Positions 52,632-62,945 of a stretch of DNA of 64,000 nt are shown piece by piece (the stretch's first letter is position 1; each line of letters starts with the position of its first letter). Made by a program: the position numbers and the translations under genes. Origin of the DNA: an uncultured Gammaproteobacteria bacterium. Its GTDB lineage: Bacteria > Pseudomonadota > Gammaproteobacteria > SZUA-229. Location of the stretch: positions 79,648 to 143,647 of the forward strand of contig CALODJ010000003.1 in the NCBI GenBank assembly GCA_942492025.1. Direction: 5' to 3'. Under the pieces are notes generated by a model. That model saw only the letters and a program-made list of their open reading frames with translations. It was not told the DNA's origin and ran no database searches.

Positions 52632-53030
52632 TTCACCGCAAAGGCGCAAAGAACAAAGCTGAATTAACCGCAGAGGCGCAGAGGATTATCTATACGTTGT
52701 CATCTCATGGTTAGCGAAATCTTTGGATTATGCGGGAATATCCCATTGACTTGGTTAAGACGATGGCTGTTCAAATTTTTCCGGCCGATCGTAGGGTGCG
52801 CCGTGCGCACCGCGAATAATCAGTTCGCTCAACAGCTTCGGTGCGCACGGCGCACCCTACGATCGGTCCATTCAGCTGTCAGTTAATTTTTGAATCGTTT
52901 CCACGATCTGTAAGATCAGATCTGAGTCACTACAAAAAACGCTGCGTCACCGCGCCTCTGCGGTTGATTCAGCTGGATTCTTTACTCTAATAAGCAATTA
53001 ACTTTGCGTTCTTTGCGCCTTTACGGTGAA
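52632..53030. repeat. Nested composite palindromic repeat, copy A
   Basis: Outer arms TTCACCGCAAAGGCGCAAAG/CTTTGCGCCTTTACGGTGAA; second arms 52657-52679 / 52952-52974; central REP doublet 52791-52860. Confidence 0.85.
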
Positions 53031-53040
53031 ATCACGTATC

Positions 53041-53883
53041 ATGCAGCTCGAATTCACTAAAATGCACGGTCTTGGCAATGATTTCGTGGTGATCGATGCG
53101 GTCAACCAGGAGGTCGCTTTGACCGGTAATCAGGTACGCCGCATTGCTGACAGGCATTTTGGTGTCGGTTGTGACCAGCTGCTGCTGGTCGAACGCCCCA
53201 GGCTTGCAGCGGCAGAGTTTCGCTATCGGATTTTCAACGCCGATGGCGGCGAGGTGCAGCAGTGTGGCAACGGCGCGCGCTGTTTTGCCCGTTTCGTGCA
53301 CGACAAGGGTATGACAGGCAGTACCCATATCGCGGTCGAAACCGCAGCAGGCATGATCTACCTGATCCTTGAGGAAGATGGACAAGTCACGGTTGATATG
53401 GGTGTGCCCTCATTTGATCCAGCCTCGCTGCCGTTTGAGGTTGACGACCTGGAGCAGGATGAGACCGAATACCACCAACTTGTGGTGAATGGCGTAAAGT
53501 ATGCTATAGGTGCAGTATCGGTTGGCAATCCACATGCGGTGTTGCTGGTTGATTCAGTGGAGAGGGCACCTGTTGCTACGCTGGGAGCCGCCATCGAATC
53601 TCATGAGTGCTTCCCCGAGCGTGTGAATGTCGGTTTTATGGAAATCATGGACCGATCGCATATACGCCTGCGGGTATTTGAACGTGGAGCAGGCGAGACC
53701 CTGGCTTGTGGGACGGGCGCCTGCGCAGCGGTTGCGATTGGCGTCCACAACAGCTTGCTGGATAGTCCCGTTGAGGTTAGATTAAAAGGCGGCATGTTAA
53801 AGATTCGCTGGTCCGGTGATGGCAGTAGCCTGTTTATGACCGGGCCGGCTCAAACTGTATACGAAGGTAAAATGACATTGTGA
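53041..53883 (+). CDS. dapF: Diaminopimelate epimerase
   Basis: FTKMHGLGNDF, QCGNGARC, VGNPHAV, FERGAGETLACGTGA. Confidence 0.96.
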   Translation: MQLEFTKMHGLGNDFVVIDAVNQEVALTGNQVRRIADRHFGVGCDQLLLVERPRLAAAEFRYRIFNADGGEVQQCGNGARCFARFVHDKGMTGSTHIAVETAAGMIYLILEEDGQVTVDMGVPSFDPASLPFEVDDLEQDETEYHQLVVNGVKYAIGAVSVGNPHAVLLVDSVERAPVATLGAAIESHECFPERVNVGFMEIMDRSHIRLRVFERGAGETLACGTGACAAVAIGVHNSLLDSPVEVRLKGGMLKIRWSGDGSSLFMTGPAQTVYEGKMTL

Positions 53884-54602
53884 GTACACAAGCACAAAAA
53901 AAACAACAAGAAACGCTTGATACCGAACAGCAGCTAGTGGAGCTGCTCAAAGACTACCCCGACGTACTGGTGCGAAATCCAGCACTGCTGGCAGATCTCG
54001 AAGTCCCTCATCAGGCGGGCTCAGCTGTTTCCCTGATCGAAAAGCAGGTCAGCGTGTTACGCGAAAAGCTGCACACGAGCGACAAGCGCTTACGCGAACT
54101 GATGAATATCGCGCGTGACAATGAACGACTCGCCAGAAGCTGTCATCGGCTGGCTATCAACCTGCTCGGTGCCGAAGAGCTGGAAGATGTGGTCGGCATC
54201 GTGCTGGATGAACTGGGCATAGAACTCGGCGCCGACTTCGCTGAGATCCGTTTGATCACGGATGATGAGGACAGACTGAGCCGCAAACCGGCATTATTCA
54301 TCAGTAGCAATTCTGAACGTCTGAAATCTTTCCGCACAATGCTGGACAACAGAAAGCCGTTGTGCGGACGCTGTACGCAAGAGCAGAAGGAATTTCTGTT
54401 CGGTGATGATGCCGAGCACATTGGTTCTGCTGCGGTAATCCCGCTGGTAGCCGGCGCCAGGCTGGGCCTGCTGGGTCTGGGCGGCAGCGATCAACATCGC
54501 TTCAGTATCGCTATGGGTACCGAGTTTTTAACCCAGATTGGTGATCTGATCAGTGCGGCACTGGCGCTACATCTACAGCAAGATCACGCCGAGATTGGAT
54601 GA
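53880..54602 (+). CDS. DUF484 family protein (YigA-like)
   Basis: AVSLIEKQV, ARDNE, AMGTEFL; between dapF and xerC. Confidence 0.85.
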   Translation: MSTQAQKKQQETLDTEQQLVELLKDYPDVLVRNPALLADLEVPHQAGSAVSLIEKQVSVLREKLHTSDKRLRELMNIARDNERLARSCHRLAINLLGAEELEDVVGIVLDELGIELGADFAEIRLITDDEDRLSRKPALFISSNSERLKSFRTMLDNRKPLCGRCTQEQKEFLFGDDAEHIGSAAVIPLVAGARLGLLGLGGSDQHRFSIAMGTEFLTQIGDLISAALALHLQQDHAEIG

Positions 54603-55492
54603 GCTTCGAGTCTGATCTCGAAGCGTTTCACACATACCTGCAGTCCGAACGCAGGTATTCGCCGCATACGCTGACAGCCTATCATAACGATTTGAAGGCA
54701 TTTGTCGATTTCGGCCGGGAAAGAGGCCTGCACAGCTGGAAGCAAATGGACGATCTTCACGTGCGCGCATTCGTCGCCAGCCAGCACCGCAAGGGCCTCT
54801 CTGGAACCAGCCTGCAACGCCAGCTTTCAGCTGTCCGTAGCCTTTTCAATTTTCTCTGCCGGCATCATCGAGCCGAAAACAATCCGGCACAGGGCGTGCC
54901 CGCCCCAAAGGCGCCCAGGCGCCTGCCGGAAACATTGAGTGTTGATCAGCTCGAAGGCCTGCTTGCCTTTGCCGGTAATGATGATCTTGCCTGTCGGGAC
55001 CGTGCCATGCTGGAACTGTTTTACGGCTGTGGATTGCGGCTTTCAGAGTTGAGCGGTCTTGATATCGGCGACCTCGACTGGCAGCAGCAAACCGTATCGG
55101 TTATGGGCAAAGGGCGCAAGCAGCGCCATGTGCCGTTCGGCAACAAGGCAGTCACCGCTTTAAAGCACTGGCTACCGCATCGTGAGAGTCTGGCAAATGT
55201 GGGCGAAAAAGCGCTCTTTATCAGTCGCCGCGGCAAGCGCATCAGCAACAGCACTATTCAGCAAAGCCTGAAAAAACGTGCACAACAACAGGGTGAGGGC
55301 TTATCGCTGCATCCGCATATGCTGCGCCATTCGTTTGCATCACACCTGCTCGAATCGTCAAACGACCTGCGCGCCGTGCAGGAGCTGTTAGGCCACGCCA
55401 ATCTGAGCACAACGCAGATCTATACCCACCTCGATTTCCAGCACCTGGCGAGCGTGTACGACAAGGCGCATCCGCGGTCCAGGAAAAAGTAA
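54599..55492 (+). CDS. xerC: Tyrosine recombinase XerC
   Basis: SPHTLTAY, YGCGLRLSEL, GKGRKQR, HPHMLRHSFASH, LGHANLSTTQIYTH. Confidence 0.95.
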   Translation: MSFESDLEAFHTYLQSERRYSPHTLTAYHNDLKAFVDFGRERGLHSWKQMDDLHVRAFVASQHRKGLSGTSLQRQLSAVRSLFNFLCRHHRAENNPAQGVPAPKAPRRLPETLSVDQLEGLLAFAGNDDLACRDRAMLELFYGCGLRLSELSGLDIGDLDWQQQTVSVMGKGRKQRHVPFGNKAVTALKHWLPHRESLANVGEKALFISRRGKRISNSTIQQSLKKRAQQQGEGLSLHPHMLRHSFASHLLESSNDLRAVQELLGHANLSTTQIYTHLDFQHLASVYDKAHPRSRKK

Positions 55493-55971
55493 TTCACCGC
55501 AAAGGCGCAAAGAACGCAAAGAAAGAAGCAGGCGGTGGTTTACCGCAGAGGCGCAGAGGATTATCTATGCGTTTTTATCTCATAGTTAGCGAAATCTTTG
55601 GATTATGTGGGTACGTCCCGCTGACTTGGTAAAGACGATGGCTGTTCAAATTTTTCCGGCCGATCGTAGGGTGCGCCGTGCGCACCGTGAATCCTCAGTG
55701 TGCTGGGCTGTTTCGGTGCGCACGGCGCACCCTACGGCCGCTTCGCCCAAGCTGCTGCTACGCTTTTCGCTCCAGAGCGGCGCTTACGAACACGAATCCT
55801 GCGCCTGCTCCCGTGATCCTGGTGAGAAATGCGGGTTAGCTGTCAGTCAATTTCTGAATCGTATCCACAATCTGTAAGATCAGATCTGAGTCACTGCAAA
55901 AAACGCTGCATCTTCGCGCCTCTGCGGTTAATTCAGCTTTATCTTCGCGTTCTTTGCGTCTTTGCGGTGAA
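55493..55971. repeat. Nested composite palindromic repeat, copy B
   Basis: Collinear with copy A; REP doublet 55666-55735 plus a MITE right half at 55756-55838. Confidence 0.85.
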
Positions 55972-56067
55972 AAAAGCCTTGTGACAAGTATGTCAGTAAG
56001 AACCATTGAAACAGGTATAATCATCACCATTATCAGATAGCTGCCTTATTAACCCGTACACATTGCC

Positions 56068-56850
56068 ATGCTGATTACGCTTTCTCCGTCAAAAGGCCAG
56101 GATTTTGATTCTCCAAGTCCGAGCAACACCTACAGTAAACCGGAGTCATTGAAAGATTCTGAATTACTCATAAAAGAGCTGCGCAAGTACAAGCGACAGG
56201 ATATCCAGCAACTGATGGCTGTCAGTGAAAATATTGCCCAACTCAACGCTGAACGCTTCAAGTCGTTCAAAACCCCGTTCACGACGAAAAACGCCAAACA
56301 GGCGATCTTCGCCTTCAAGGGGGATGTGTACAGCGGAATTGAAATCGAAGAATACAGGGAAGCTGACCTCCACTATGCCCAGGATCATTTGCGTATTCTT
56401 TCGGGTTTGTACGGTTGCCTGCGGCCACTGGACCTGATTCAGCCTTATCGCCTGGAGATGAAAACCCGTCTGACCAATACGCGTGGCGAGAATTTGTATC
56501 AATTCTGGGGTGACAGCATCACGGATACTCTGAACAAGCAGCTGGAAAAACAGAAAGCGCCCGTGCTGGTCAATCTGGCTTCGAATGAATATTTCAAATC
56601 GGTCAAGCCGAAAAAACTGAAAGGCCGTTTACTCAATATCAACTTCAAAGAGACCAGGGATGGAAAAACACGCATCGTTGCTATCTTTGCCAAGCGTGCG
56701 CGCGGTATGATGGCGGATTACATACTGCGGAACCGTATTGAAAAGCCCGAACAGATCAAAAAATTCAACCAGGGCGGTTACCGGTTTTCGAGAGAGCTCT
56801 CTGACGACAAGCAATGGACGTTTGTTCGTCCCCAGCCCCCCGCTGCCTAA
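56068..56850 (+). CDS. yaaA: Peroxide stress protein YaaA (DUF328)
   Basis: LSPSK, FKGDVYSG, ILSGLYG, YRLEM, NLASNEY, AKRARGMM. Confidence 0.92.
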   Translation: MLITLSPSKGQDFDSPSPSNTYSKPESLKDSELLIKELRKYKRQDIQQLMAVSENIAQLNAERFKSFKTPFTTKNAKQAIFAFKGDVYSGIEIEEYREADLHYAQDHLRILSGLYGCLRPLDLIQPYRLEMKTRLTNTRGENLYQFWGDSITDTLNKQLEKQKAPVLVNLASNEYFKSVKPKKLKGRLLNINFKETRDGKTRIVAIFAKRARGMMADYILRNRIEKPEQIKKFNQGGYRFSRELSDDKQWTFVRPQPPAA

Positions 56851-56901
56851 TACGTGTAAAATTATGGTCTTTTCATCCGGATAAAAAAGCAGGAGTTCGA
56901 C

Positions 56902-57438
56902 GTGGAGACATTTCATGGCACGACGATTTTGACTGTGCGTCGTGGCGATACCGTTGTCGTGGGCGGCGATGGCCAGGTCACACTGGGCGATACCATTATG
57001 AAGGGTAATGCCACCAAGGTGCGCAAGGTTTATCATGACAAGGTCATCACTGGATTTGCCGGCGCTACCGCGGATGCATTTACGCTGATGGAGCGTTTTG
57101 AAGGCGTTTTGGAAAAGCACAATGGCCAGATCAAACGATCGGCCGTTGAATTGGCCAAGGACTGGCGTACCGATCGAATGCTGCGTCGGCTGGAAGCGAT
57201 GATGATCGTCGCGAACGAGGAAGCGTCGCTGCTGATTTCGGGCACTGGCGATGTCATCGATGCAGTGGATGATCTGATCGCGATTGGATCAGGCGGACCC
57301 TATGCACAGTCGGCGGCGCGTGCCATGTTTGATAGTACCGATTTATCGGCGCGCGAGATTGTCGAAAAGAGTCTCAAGATCGCTGCAGATATATGTATAT
57401 ACACGAATGATTCCATCACAATCGAAGAAATTAGTTAA
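56902..57438 (+). CDS. hslV: ATP-dependent protease peptidase subunit
   Basis: [36 protein letters not shown]. Confidence 0.96.
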   Translation: METFHGTTILTVRRGDTVVVGGDGQVTLGDTIMKGNATKVRKVYHDKVITGFAGATADAFTLMERFEGVLEKHNGQIKRSAVELAKDWRTDRMLRRLEAMMIVANEEASLLISGTGDVIDAVDDLIAIGSGGPYAQSAARAMFDSTDLSAREIVEKSLKIAADICIYTNDSITIEEIS

Positions 57439-57467
57439 TAAAGGACTATGCAAAGAGTATCTATAAC

Positions 57468-58796
57468 ATGTCTGAAATGACCCCACGTGAAATTGTTCAG
57501 GAACTCGACAAGCACATCATCGGCCAGGATGCGGCCAAGCGCGCCGTCGCGATTGCGTTACGCAACCGCTGGCGCCGGATGCAGATAGATGAAGATCTGC
57601 GCAATGAAATTACACCGAAGAATATCCTGATGATCGGCCCGACCGGTGTTGGCAAGACCGAAATAGCGCGCCGCCTGGCGCATCTGGCGAAAGCGCCTTT
57701 CGTCAAGGTGGAGGCAACCAAATTTACTGAAGTAGGCTATGTTGGGCGTGAAGTTGATTCTATCATTCGCGATCTTGTGGACATGTCAATTAAAACCACG
57801 CGTGAATACGAAATGGAAAAGGTGCGACATCTGGCCGAAGAAGCCGTTGAAGAGCGCATTCTCGACGTGCTGTTGCCGCCGCCGCGGGACAGCCTTGGCG
57901 AACCCGAGCCCGATCATGAATCGTCCACGCGGCAGAAATTCCGTGTCAAGCTGCGCCAGGGCGAGCTGGATGACAAGGAAATCGAGATCGATGTCACCGT
58001 GAAGCCGGTCGGTGTTGAGATCATGGCGCCACCCGGCATGGAAGAAATGACCAGCCAGTTACAGGGCATGTTCCAGAATATGTCCATCGAGAAGAAAAAG
58101 ACGCGCAAAATGACCATCGCACAGGCCCAGAAGCTGTTGCTCGACGAAGAAGCGGCGAAATTGATTAAAGAGGACGACATCAAGAGCCGCGCGCTGGAAA
58201 ATGCTGAACAGAATGGCATCGTCTTCATCGACGAGATCGACAAGGTGGCCAAACGGGCTGAAACAGGCGGTGCCGATGTTTCGCGCGAGGGCGTGCAGCG
58301 TGATTTGTTGCCGCTGGTCGAAGGCTGCACCGTCACGACCAAGTACGGCATGGTGAAGACCGACCATATTCTGTTCATTGCGTCGGGTGCGTTTCACTTG
58401 TCCAAGCCATCGGACCTGATTCCCGAGTTGCAGGGGCGTTTGCCGATACGTGTGGAACTGACGGCTCTGAATGCGGATGATTTCAAACGCATCCTCACTG
58501 AGCCCGATGCTTCGCTGACAACACAGTATGCCGCCCTCATGAGCACAGAGGGGGTTAGCCTGGAATTTACCGATACCGGTGTTGAACGTGTGGCCGAAGT
58601 GGCGTTTGATGTGAATGAGCGCTCCGAGAACATCGGTGCCCGCCGTCTGCACACGGTGATGGAGCGGTTGCTGGAGGGTATTTCATTTGATGCCCCCGAC
58701 AAGGCCGGTGAGCATCTGATCGTCGACAAAGCGTATGTAGACGGGAGTCTGGGTGAACTGGTCGCTGATGAGGATCTTAGCCGTTACATTCTCTGA
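57468..58796 (+). CDS. hslU: ATP-dependent protease ATPase subunit
   Basis: [44 protein letters not shown]. Confidence 0.97.
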   Translation: MSEMTPREIVQELDKHIIGQDAAKRAVAIALRNRWRRMQIDEDLRNEITPKNILMIGPTGVGKTEIARRLAHLAKAPFVKVEATKFTEVGYVGREVDSIIRDLVDMSIKTTREYEMEKVRHLAEEAVEERILDVLLPPPRDSLGEPEPDHESSTRQKFRVKLRQGELDDKEIEIDVTVKPVGVEIMAPPGMEEMTSQLQGMFQNMSIEKKKTRKMTIAQAQKLLLDEEAAKLIKEDDIKSRALENAEQNGIVFIDEIDKVAKRAETGGADVSREGVQRDLLPLVEGCTVTTKYGMVKTDHILFIASGAFHLSKPSDLIPELQGRLPIRVELTALNADDFKRILTEPDASLTTQYAALMSTEGVSLEFTDTGVERVAEVAFDVNERSENIGARRLHTVMERLLEGISFDAPDKAGEHLIVDKAYVDGSLGELVADEDLSRYIL

Positions 58797-58945
58797 ATAC
58801 TGAGCGTTGTTATATGTTAACTTTGCCTGTGATGGACAGAACGCCTGATCGGCTGGTCGACTCCCGTTGCTTGACCATGCAGCGCTGGTGCGTTTTCACA
58901 GCCAAATTCTGATAGTAAACACAACCTGTTAATGAAAGTATCAAT

Positions 58946-59305
58946 ATGCCAAGACCGACCAACATAAATCTGCACCAGAAAAGCAAGGTGCTAGAGCTCG
59001 AGTATGATGACGGCAGTAAATTCAGCTTGCCCTGTGAATATTTGCGGGTCTATTCGCCTTCCGCAGAAGTAACCGGTCATGGGCCAGGGCAGGAAGTGCT
59101 ACAGCTCGGCAAGGAAGACGTGAATATCACTGCGATAGAGCCACAGGGCAATTATGCGGTGAAGCTGGTGTTCGATGACCGCCATGATACCGGCCTGTAT
59201 ACCTGGGATTATCTCTATGAGCTGGGTTCCGATTACGACAGTAAATGGAAAGACTATCTCGAAAGGGTCGAGAAGGCTGGCCATAAAAGAAAGAAGAACG
59301 ACTAG
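58946..59305 (+). CDS. DUF971 / gamma-butyrobetaine hydroxylase-like N-terminal domain protein
   Basis: EYLRVYSPSAEV, GNYAVKLVFDDRHDTGLYTWDYL. Confidence 0.85.
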   Translation: MPRPTNINLHQKSKVLELEYDDGSKFSLPCEYLRVYSPSAEVTGHGPGQEVLQLGKEDVNITAIEPQGNYAVKLVFDDRHDTGLYTWDYLYELGSDYDSKWKDYLERVEKAGHKRKKND

Positions 59306-59479
59306 TCCGCAAATGAACGCCAATAAACGCAAATAATAAATTATGGCTAGCGTAAGTTCATCGCGGACAGAGCACCATGGCTCTATCTGCGGACGATTTG
59401 GCCTTTACATCAAAAAAGAGTCGGGTAAGTTGGCTATTAACAACAAAACATTCGCGTTCATTCGCGTTCATTTGCGGAC
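59305..59479. repeat. Long palindromic element with 30-bp arms
   Basis: GTCCGCAAATGAACGCCAATAAACGCAAAT / ATTCGCGTTCATTCGCGTTCATTTGCGGAC, 3 mismatches. Confidence 0.8.
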
Positions 59480-59488
59480 CCTTTAACC

Positions 59489-60232
59489 ATGTCACAGAAA
59501 ACACACTTCGGCTACAAGCAGGTTGATGCGGATAAAAAGGAGGATCTGGTTGCCGGTGTTTTTGATTCAGTCGCGAGTAAGTACGATGTGATGAACGATG
59601 TCATGTCGTTCGGTATTCACCGTGTCTGGAAAAAAATTACGATGATGCATACTGGCCTGAAAAAAGGCCAGCGCGCACTCGATGTTGCCGGTGGTACCGG
59701 TGATCTGACCATACAGATGTCAAAGCAGGTTGGGCCTGACGGCGAAGTCATTATCTCTGATATCAACCCCGCCATGCTCGAACAGGGCAGGCGCCGCCTG
59801 ATAGACAAGGGTGTCGCGGGTAATGTCAAATTCGTTGAGGCCAATGCGGAAGATTTACCCTTTGAAGATAACAGCTTCGATTGCGTCACCATAGCCTTTG
59901 GCTTGCGTAATGTGACCAATCAGGACAAAGCGCTGGCATCGATGTATCGAGTGCTCAAACCCGGCGGCCGCTTGCTGGTGCTGGAATTTTCAAAACCGGT
60001 GATGCCAGGACTCGACAAACTCTACGATTTCTACTCATTCAACATCATACCGGTGATGGGCAAAGTCATAGCTCGAGATCAGGATAGCTATCGTTACCTG
60101 GCAGAATCCATTCGTATGCACCCCGACCAGCAAACACTGAAACAGATGATGCAGGATGCGGGCTTTGAAAGATGCACTTACCACAATATGAGCGGCGGGA
60201 TTGTGGCATTGCACAAAGGTTACAAGCTTTAG
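59489..60232 (+). CDS. ubiE: Ubiquinone/menaquinone C-methyltransferase
   Basis: [43 protein letters not shown]. Confidence 0.96.
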   Translation: MSQKTHFGYKQVDADKKEDLVAGVFDSVASKYDVMNDVMSFGIHRVWKKITMMHTGLKKGQRALDVAGGTGDLTIQMSKQVGPDGEVIISDINPAMLEQGRRRLIDKGVAGNVKFVEANAEDLPFEDNSFDCVTIAFGLRNVTNQDKALASMYRVLKPGGRLLVLEFSKPVMPGLDKLYDFYSFNIIPVMGKVIARDQDSYRYLAESIRMHPDQQTLKQMMQDAGFERCTYHNMSGGIVALHKGYKL

Positions 60233-60258
60233 CCCGCATGGGTCACCTGGGGGGCAAA

Positions 60259-60870
60259 ATGATCAGCACTAGTACAGCCAATGTGCTGACCTCGGCCTTC
60301 AACCGTTATCTCGCGCTTGACCCCGAAGCAGCGGAGAAATTAACGGCGTTTGATGGCAGGCTGATATGCATAGAAATCAGGGGCGCAGAAACCAGGCTGT
60401 ATCTGTCGGTGAAAAACAACACCATAAACGTCATTAAAGATACAGACACAGAGCCTGACACCACGATATGCGGCTGGCCTGGTGGATTACTGAAGCTGGG
60501 GTTGCACAGAGACTCAGCGCCCCTTTTTTTTGCCGGCGAAGTCGAAATTCGTGGCGATACACGACTGGGTCGCCAGTTCAAAGCGGTGATCGCCGATATG
60601 GAAATTGACTGGGAAGAACACCTTTCCCGTTTGACGGGCGATATTGCTGCACATCGCATTATGACAATGGCTGGCAAGCTGGGCGAATGGGGCAGGGCGG
60701 CAAGGAGAAACCTGGCTGATGATATTGGTGAATATCTCCAGGAGGAAAGCCGCGATGTCGTGAGTGGCGCTGAAATAGACCTGTTTAATCACCAAGTCGA
60801 TCAATTACGTGATGACACAGACAGGCTTGAAGCGCGCATAAACCGATTGGCAAATACGAACAGGCAATAA
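60259..60870 (+). CDS. ubiJ: Ubiquinone biosynthesis accessory factor (SCP2 domain)
   Basis: [34 protein letters not shown]; between ubiE and ubiB. Confidence 0.9.
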   Translation: MISTSTANVLTSAFNRYLALDPEAAEKLTAFDGRLICIEIRGAETRLYLSVKNNTINVIKDTDTEPDTTICGWPGGLLKLGLHRDSAPLFFAGEVEIRGDTRLGRQFKAVIADMEIDWEEHLSRLTGDIAAHRIMTMAGKLGEWGRAARRNLADDIGEYLQEESRDVVSGAEIDLFNHQVDQLRDDTDRLEARINRLANTNRQ

Positions 60871-60872
60871 GC

Positions 60873-62531
60873 ATGCTAAGGCTGAGACAGTTTTTTCGCT
60901 TGCTGCGTATTAACTTTGTTTTGATGCGCCATGGACTGGATGATATCGTTTTTGCAACCCATCTGTTCAGGCCGTTTCGCTTCCTGATCTATCTTAATCC
61001 AATCAACTGGTTTCTGCGCAAGCGTGCGTCACGTGCTGAGAGAGTCAGAAGAGTACTGGAAGATCTTGGTCCTATCTTCACCAAATTCGGCCAGATGTTA
61101 TCTACGCGCCGAGATCTACTGCCTGATGATGTGGCCGATGAGCTTGAGCGCTTGCAGGATGCCGTCCCACCTTTCCCCGGTATCGTTGCAAAGCAGATCA
61201 TTGAAAAAGCATTCAATCGACCGGTCGAAGAGATCTTCGATGAGTTCGATCCGGAACCTCTTGCGTCCGCTTCCATCGCGCAGGTTCACGCCGCCAAATT
61301 GAAGAACGGTCAAGAGGTTGTGATAAAAGTATTGCGACCCAATGTACTGCCGGTGATACGTCGTGATATTTCGCTGCTTTACATCATCGCCGAACTTGCC
61401 ACACGATATTCATCCGATGCCAGGCGTTTGCGCCCGGTTGAAGTGGTGGCTGAATATGAAAAGACGATTATTGATGAGCTTGATTTGTTGCGCGAAGCGG
61501 CGAATGCCAGTCAATTGAGACGTAATTTTGAAGGCACCACATATCTGTATGTGCCGGAAGTGTACTGGGATTACACCTATAAAAACGTTCTGGTCATGGA
61601 GCGCATATACGGCGTGCCAATACGAAATGTCGATGAGCTCAGGGCCAACGATACCGACATGAAACGACTGGCTGAACTGGGTGTGGAAATTTTTTTCACC
61701 CAGGTCTTCAAGCATAATTTTTTTCATGCCGACATGCACCCGGGAAACATATTCATTGATATTACCGAACCGCAAAACCCGAAATACGTCGCCGTGGACT
61801 TCGGTATCGTCGGCACGCTGAATACGATTGATAAACGCTATCTGGCAGAAAACTTTCTTGCTTTCTTTCAGCGCGATTACAACAAGGTGGCGCGATTGCA
61901 TGTGGAATCCGGCTGGGTGCCCGCCGGAACCCGTGTCGATGAATTCGAATCAGCAATACGAAGTGTATGCGAGCCGATATTTGAACGACCGCTGAAAGAC
62001 ATATCCTTTGGTCAGTTATTATTGCGCCTGTTCCAGACGGCGCGTCGATTCAATATGGAAATCCAGCCACAATTGGTGCTGCTGCAAAAAACCTTGTTGA
62101 ATATTGAGGGACTCGGTCGTCAACTCTACCCTGAACTCGATCTATGGAAAACGGCGAAGCCGTTTCTGGAGCGTTGGATGGAGGAGCAGGTCGGCGCTCG
62201 CTCGATGTTTTATGCTTTGCAAGATAACATACCGCATTTGATTGAAAAACTGCCTGAAATGCCTGGCTTGATCTATACAGCGACGAAAAAAATCGCAGAG
62301 GGCCAGGAGCATGAGCAACATCTCAGGGAAATGCAGAAGATACGGGATGAAATAAGACGCAGCAATCAACGCACAGTCATGACCATTGCAGGCACGGGAT
62401 TGTTGATGGGAGGGCTCATCGTATTCGGTCTGGATGGATATACGCCGACGCTGATCTGGGGGGCGCCGCTGGTATCCTGGATTGCGGGTGGCCTGGGCGC
62501 TTTTATATTGCTGGTGTCTCTACAGGATTGA
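60873..62531 (+). CDS. ubiB: Ubiquinone biosynthesis kinase-like protein
   Basis: [46 protein letters not shown]. Confidence 0.96.
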   Translation: MLRLRQFFRLLRINFVLMRHGLDDIVFATHLFRPFRFLIYLNPINWFLRKRASRAERVRRVLEDLGPIFTKFGQMLSTRRDLLPDDVADELERLQDAVPPFPGIVAKQIIEKAFNRPVEEIFDEFDPEPLASASIAQVHAAKLKNGQEVVIKVLRPNVLPVIRRDISLLYIIAELATRYSSDARRLRPVEVVAEYEKTIIDELDLLREAANASQLRRNFEGTTYLYVPEVYWDYTYKNVLVMERIYGVPIRNVDELRANDTDMKRLAELGVEIFFTQVFKHNFFHADMHPGNIFIDITEPQNPKYVAVDFGIVGTLNTIDKRYLAENFLAFFQRDYNKVARLHVESGWVPAGTRVDEFESAIRSVCEPIFERPLKDISFGQLLLRLFQTARRFNMEIQPQLVLLQKTLLNIEGLGRQLYPELDLWKTAKPFLERWMEEQVGARSMFYALQDNIPHLIEKLPEMPGLIYTATKKIAEGQEHEQHLREMQKIRDEIRRSNQRTVMTIAGTGLLMGGLIVFGLDGYTPTLIWGAPLVSWIAGGLGAFILLVSLQD

Positions 62532-62634
62532 TCGACAGACGTTAAAAGAATTATCTTCAACGCAAAGTTGCGAAGACGCAAAGAATGCAATGGTTTAACC
62601 GGGCGGTGCGCACAGACAGTGCGTAACCATTGAC

Positions 62635-62707
62635 GTAGGGTGCGCCATGCGCACCAGATCGTATAGTTGAATGTGGTAAGGATTACGGTGCGCACGGCGC
62701 ACCCTGC
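62635..62707. repeat. GTAG-type REP doublet
   Basis: GTAGGGTGCGCCATGCGCACC + 31 nt + GGTGCGCACGGCGCACCCTGC. Confidence 0.85.
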
Positions 62708-62740
62708 CTTAGCTGTCTGGCATAAGATATACGTACAAGC

Positions 62741-62904
62741 CACTGCTGTTCCACTTATTCGTCATTGCGAGCGAAGCGAAGTAATCTCCCGAATCTCGGG
62801 TTACAGCAACGGTTTAGGATCAGTGTTTCAACGAATACGCAAGATTCAGGAGATTGCCACGCCGCTGTCGCGACTCGCAATGACGAATAAGTGGAACGGC
62901 AGTG
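62741..62904. repeat. CGTC-type palindromic repeat with 31-bp arms
   Basis: CACTGCTGTTCCACTTATTCGTCATTGCGAG / CTCGCAATGACGAATAAGTGGAACGGCAGTG, 1 mismatch. Confidence 0.85.
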
Positions 62905-62945
62905 ACCTAAAGGCCCTTTTATAAAATACAACGCATTGAATACCA

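Noticed and set aside
54599-55492. XerC as the integrase of an island bounded by the composite repeats
   Set aside because: Sequence and dapF-DUF484 context are those of housekeeping XerC; no att sites seen
55862-55870. GTATCCACA as an additional DnaA box
   Set aside because: Single one-mismatch site inside composite repeat B; the equivalent position in copy A is not a box
58797-58945. Structured RNA or riboswitch between hslU and DUF971
   Set aside because: Only a short imperfect stem (TGGTCGA/TTGACCA); no recognisable family motif
25951-62707. REP copies with variable ~30-nt spacers as a CRISPR array
   Set aside because: Repeats are inverted pairs dispersed over 37 kb rather than tandem direct repeats, and there are no cas genes
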